DNA of 64,000 nucleotides from Dimargaris cristalligena (Eukaryota): NCBI GenBank assembly GCA_003614675.1, contig ML002222.1, positions 1 to 64,000 of the forward strand, read 5' to 3'. Shown piece by piece: positions 59,566 to 64,000 of this stretch (position 1 is its first letter; each line of letters starts with the position of its first letter). The notes under the pieces were generated by a model. It saw only the letters and a program-made list of their open reading frames with translations, ran no database searches and was not told where the DNA came from. The position numbers and the translations under genes were made by a program.

Positions 59566-62500
59566 ATGCGGTCGCGGGCTTCTTTACTACCATGGGTCCT
59601 CTGGACCCTGGTGATGTATACTACACACTCGGCCAGCGGGCTGCCCGCTTTCCACACTCGTAAGTTTGCTGATTGTTTTTTATTTGATCATATAGGGAGG
59701 GCTATTATTCACTACCGCCTGGTCCCTGGCTCAGTAATGATGGTACATCTTAGTAATCCTCTGTACCTTGGAGATTAAAAGTGAATATTTTGCCGTCCAA
59801 ATGGCGGGGTGAAGAGTCGCAAGTATCACTCTTTGTGATCTTGTAATGGACTGGAACTCCCCTCCCAAAGGGTCGAGGCCAAGTATGCGGAGTTAGGCCG
59901 GCGATACTATTTGTTGTGCTACGCCAATCGCTGGCTGAATCCCCCCTTCAACTAGACCATTGTGATATATATATATATATATATATATATCTCCAGGTTC
60001 CTCCTAAGGGGGGATGGTGGGCGTACACTATTCCTTACGGGCAACTAAGCTACATGTCATGATGGGTGGGTATGGCTCCTTTTTCGCACCTCCTCCGGTT
60101 GGACAAGAGAAAGAGGAGCTTGGCCGCTCCAATAACCGCCGTCATTTAACTAATTCCATTTAACCGCCAATGATTTTTTGGTGTATCTTCTTGTCCTACA
60201 CTCACCCACCCACAACGGCTTCCGCTTCCACCATGGGGCCCTCCTCGCCTCCTTTTCTACCTTAGCTAACCAGTATGATCTCGACGGTAATCAATGCCCA
60301 CTGTACCCCAAGCGGGACGTCGTTTGTCCCCTCGTTTGCGTCACTGACCTATCGGAATGCCCCCGTTTACTTCAGCCCAACTGCCCCAACGGCAAGCAAT
60401 TTTGCCTGGACAGCACCTGTGCCGACCAATGCCCCAAAGACCTGCCGAACCCCTGCTTATGTGGCGAAACCAGCTACCGCGACAGTGGCGAAATGGTAAT
60501 CCCCTGCCGGAAATCGCCCACCATTGACATCCCGCACTATAATATGCGCAACGGCACGGCCCAAACCCAAGGGGCGTGTCTCAAGGCCCTCAACACCACC
60601 TCCCGCATCTTAAATTATGGGGCTAAACCCACGGACCCCGTCTGGTTGGATTGCTCCCGCCGGGGATGGAACGAAGATGGTGATTCAGACGCCACCGAAA
60701 CGACCCCCCCCGGGGTTTACCTACGTGGAGCCCATTTGGTTGGCGCTGTGGACCATGCTGGGGTTGGAGGCCATGGTGCTAACTGGGTGGACCCTGTACA
60801 AACAGTGGCGGGAAAAGGCGCAGCGTCGGGGCGTCGGGGTGGCGGTCGGGGGAACAACCGCGGACCCCCTGGCGAAGGAAACGGCCGATTCGGAGCTGAG
60901 TTCCGTGGAAGGGTTGGATCGGGAAAATTACAAACTCACCGCGTATCGAACCTCACTCTACGGCAATTTCGCCGCGTACTCGCTAGTCGCCATCAGCTTG
61001 AGTCTGGTCGTTTACATGTTCCTTATCATTGCCGATTATTACGGCGCTCTGTTAGGTAAGTATCGAAGGGCATATTCCCTAGGGTATTATTGCCTGGCTG
61101 GGTGGTTTTTGGGATATCAACTTTCCGGTGGTTTAATTTTTTTTTGATGAGCTCATCTAACCTTAATGTGAGCTAACCCTGCCCCTTCGTGTACTAATCT
61201 CCTCCCCCATATGATTTTATCTGGCTCGAATTGTTCTCCCTTGGCATCGCTGGTAATGAACATTTAGGCGAAGCGTTTGCCCTAACCCACCAGACCTCGG
61301 CCTTGTCTTCGCAGCTATTTATCATATCTTGGTATCTGATGGTGGCTTGGTTCATTACGCTGAACATTACCCGCCACCGGTTGCGCAACTTCTTTCGTAT
61401 CCAGACCCGTCCGGCAGAGGGCCATTTTATTCAAGTGGAGCAGCAATTAGCACCCCTAATCTTGCTGGATGACAACAGTGTGATTCTTCGACACATTCGT
61501 CGAATTGAGACCTCCATCAAATCATTGGTTGGGTAAGCATCATCTTAAAGCTATACTTAATGTGATAATCATAGTATTGGTAAATACTGCCTTCAACTCG
61601 TATATACGGCTTGCCCCGTACTATTCAACCCCCTAATCAATCACGGTCTTTATTGAATTGAATAATGTCTGTTATTATTTTATTAGCTGGCACGTCCATG
61701 TCACAACCACTCGAATCGAAAAGACCGCCCATGGAAGACGCTACTTCACCTACCAATGCACCCGCTATGTATACGACTCGGTGCACGGTCGGTTCGCTCC
61801 CTTCGGGTTCCAGGTGGGGACCACGGGCGCGGAGCTCCTCAAACAACAGTCGGGTATTCTTCAAGGGGAAGCCGACCGTAGGATTGAGCTACTCGGCTCG
61901 AATTTCATTACGGTGGCGGTGCCCTCCTTGTTCAATGCCATCCTGCAGGAATTCACCGGGTTCTTTTACCTCTACCAACTCACCATTCTATTGCTCTTCT
62001 ATTATTACGCCTATTACGAAATGTAAGTCGCTCTCCACAATCGCCTTCGCGTATCACCTGTAAATCCACGTATCCCCATGGATTACATTGTTGGATTTTT
62101 AATATTACCCGCACCCCAATATCCAGACTAACTGTATACTATCTTTTGTTTCGGATGGCCATTTTTATTTACGGTTGATATTCCCATATTTTTGCATCAT
62201 TTTTAGCGGTTTGGTGGATACCGGTGTGGTACTGATCTCAGCCTTCGTCAAGGTTGCCATCCGCTTACAATCCGAAAAGCGCCTTAAATCCATGGCCGAA
62301 CACGAAAGTACCTGCCAAGTACTCCGGGACCAAACCTGGCGCACCACTACCACAGCCGACCTAGTTCCCGGGGACGTGTACCAAATCGACGTGGACCAGG
62401 TGGTTCCCGCCGACTCAGTTGTTCTCTCGGGTAATATTGTTGCCGACGAGAGTTCGTTGACGGGCGAGCCCCTACCGATCCGTAAATTCCCGGTTTCCCT

Positions 62501-64000
62501 GGATATGACTGATTTTGACCTGCACACCACCGGCAAGACCAACGCCCTCTTCGCCGGCACGACCATCTCGCAGGCTCAGCTCGAACTCCACTCTAGTCGC
62601 TGTACTGCCTTGGTGTACCGCACGGGAACGGCCACCGACAAGGGCCAACTGGTTCGTAAGATTCTGTTCCCTAGCCCCGTATCGTTTGTATTTGACGAAC
62701 AGCTCAAGATCGTCATGATGATTCTCGCCCTCGAGGGCCTCTTCATGTTTGGACTTAGTCTCTGGCTCCAGCAGCAGAATATTAACGCATCTTGGTTCAA
62801 CGGTATGTTCTGTTTGGCCCAAATCATCAGCCCCATTTTACCCGCGGCGCTGGTCGTGGGCCAGTCGGTGGCGTCCACCCGGCTGCGCAAACAGCAGATC
62901 TATTGCGTGGATCTGCCACGCATTATGGTGGCGGGCAAGACGCAGATTTTCTGTTTCGACAAAACGGGCACGCTGACCAAAGAGGGCCTCGATTTCTACG
63001 GGGTCCAGTGCGTCCGGCCCACGCTGGAGGGTATCGTGGACAGTGCCCCCCCGGTTTGATAACCGCACGGAAGATTTCCCCGGAGTGCCCCGCCTCATGC
63101 GCCTGGCGATGGCGTCATGCCACGCCGTGACGGAACTCAATAACCGGCTCATTGGCAATCCCGTGGACATTGAAATGTTCCGGGCGACGGGGTGGGACCT
63201 CTGTCACCCGGACAACCCCGACTGCCTTGACATGGCCGTGACCGCCAACGAACGGCTCCTGGTGCTCCGGCGGTTCGAGTTTGTCCACGCCCGCATGTCC
63301 ATGTCGGTCGCGGTGCTCGATACCTCCACCCACCACGTGCATATCTTCGTGAAGGGTTCGTTTGAGAAAGTGCGCGACATGTCGGACCCGGGAGGCCGAC
63401 CCGCCGATTATGACCGGGTGACCAGTCAGTTGGCCCGGGAGGGCTGCTACGTGCTGGCGGTGGCCCACCGGGATTTGGGGCCCGTCGACCCGGACTTAAT
63501 CCGGACGTGGAGTCGCGAGGATTTTGAAAGTCACGTGGTGCTGCTAGGCCTTATTTTGTTCAAGAATAACCTTAAAACGGACACGGCCGACGCCATGGCG
63601 GAACTGAAACAGGGGTCGACCCGTACCGTCATGATTACGGGGGACACGGCCCTAACGGGAGTGTACATTGCCCAGGCCTGTGGCATGACCCCGTCCGGGG
63701 ACCGGATGTTGCTCGGCGACATCGAGATGGACAACCCCCCTCCTGATGGCCGCCCCTCCGACGAGGACGGCCCGGCGGAAACTGCTTATGAAGTGGTCTG
63801 GCGGGACGTGGACACCCACGAAGTAGTCGATGTGAATCGCGCGCTCCTCGCCAGTGTGACGATGGACTCCAATGCCTTGTCCAGTACCCTCGTGGGCAAG
63901 GCCGGTCCCCCGCAGGTCGGCCAGGGCCTCGAATTGGCCGTTACCGGCCGGGCCTTTAACGCTTTGGTCGAGCGCGACCTAATCCGGGAATATTTGCTGA
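59566..64000 (+). CDS. P5-type (ATP13A-like) P-type ATPase, 3'-partial, with two apparent +1 frameshifts
   Basis: Exons 59566-59659, 60266-61055, 61268-61532, 61687-62022, 62207->64000; DLVPGDV, DESSLTGE, CFDKTGTLT, MASCHAV, VKGSFE, MITGD; frame breaks at C8 60704-60711 and C7 63046-63052. Confidence 0.88.

Noticed and set aside
63057..63062. Selenocysteine or stop-codon readthrough at the TGA in the P5 ATPase
   Set aside because: TGA is immediately followed by TAA, and homology continues in a different frame, so this is a frameshift.

Overview
Gene-dense eukaryotic (fungal) genomic DNA with short spliceosomal introns. Gene content and style suggest an early-diverging fungus (Zoopagomycota/Mucoromycota-like; inference only). 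Recognisable housekeeping genes: OST5/TMEM258, an F-box/LRR protein, a YCR051W-like ankyrin protein, an L-type lectin, peroxisomal PCS60, HIS3, RPL13, MRPL6, a CHY zinc finger, cofilin, an SCP/NIF CTD phosphatase, HELLS/IRC5, CBP4, 9-exon glutathione synthetase and a partial P5 ATPase. OST5, CBP4 and PDCD7 are not identifiable from the ORF track and were reconstructed by hand across introns. Main observations: (1) a cluster of three related secreted prepropeptide genes at 44.8-51.0 kb with shared signal/pro-region/UTRs but divergent cationic mature peptides, two with glycine zippers, a candidate toxin/antimicrobial/effector family; (2) a hidden 4-exon PDCD7/U11-59K minor-spliceosome gene with a GC-AG intron; (3) a P5 ATPase with a signal peptide, a Cys-rich ectodomain, divergent motifs and two +1 frameshifts in C-runs; (4) a ~136-bp MITE family in five copies; (5) CpG-depleted transposon relics. 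Coordinates were counted by hand and similarities are recalled, not searched.
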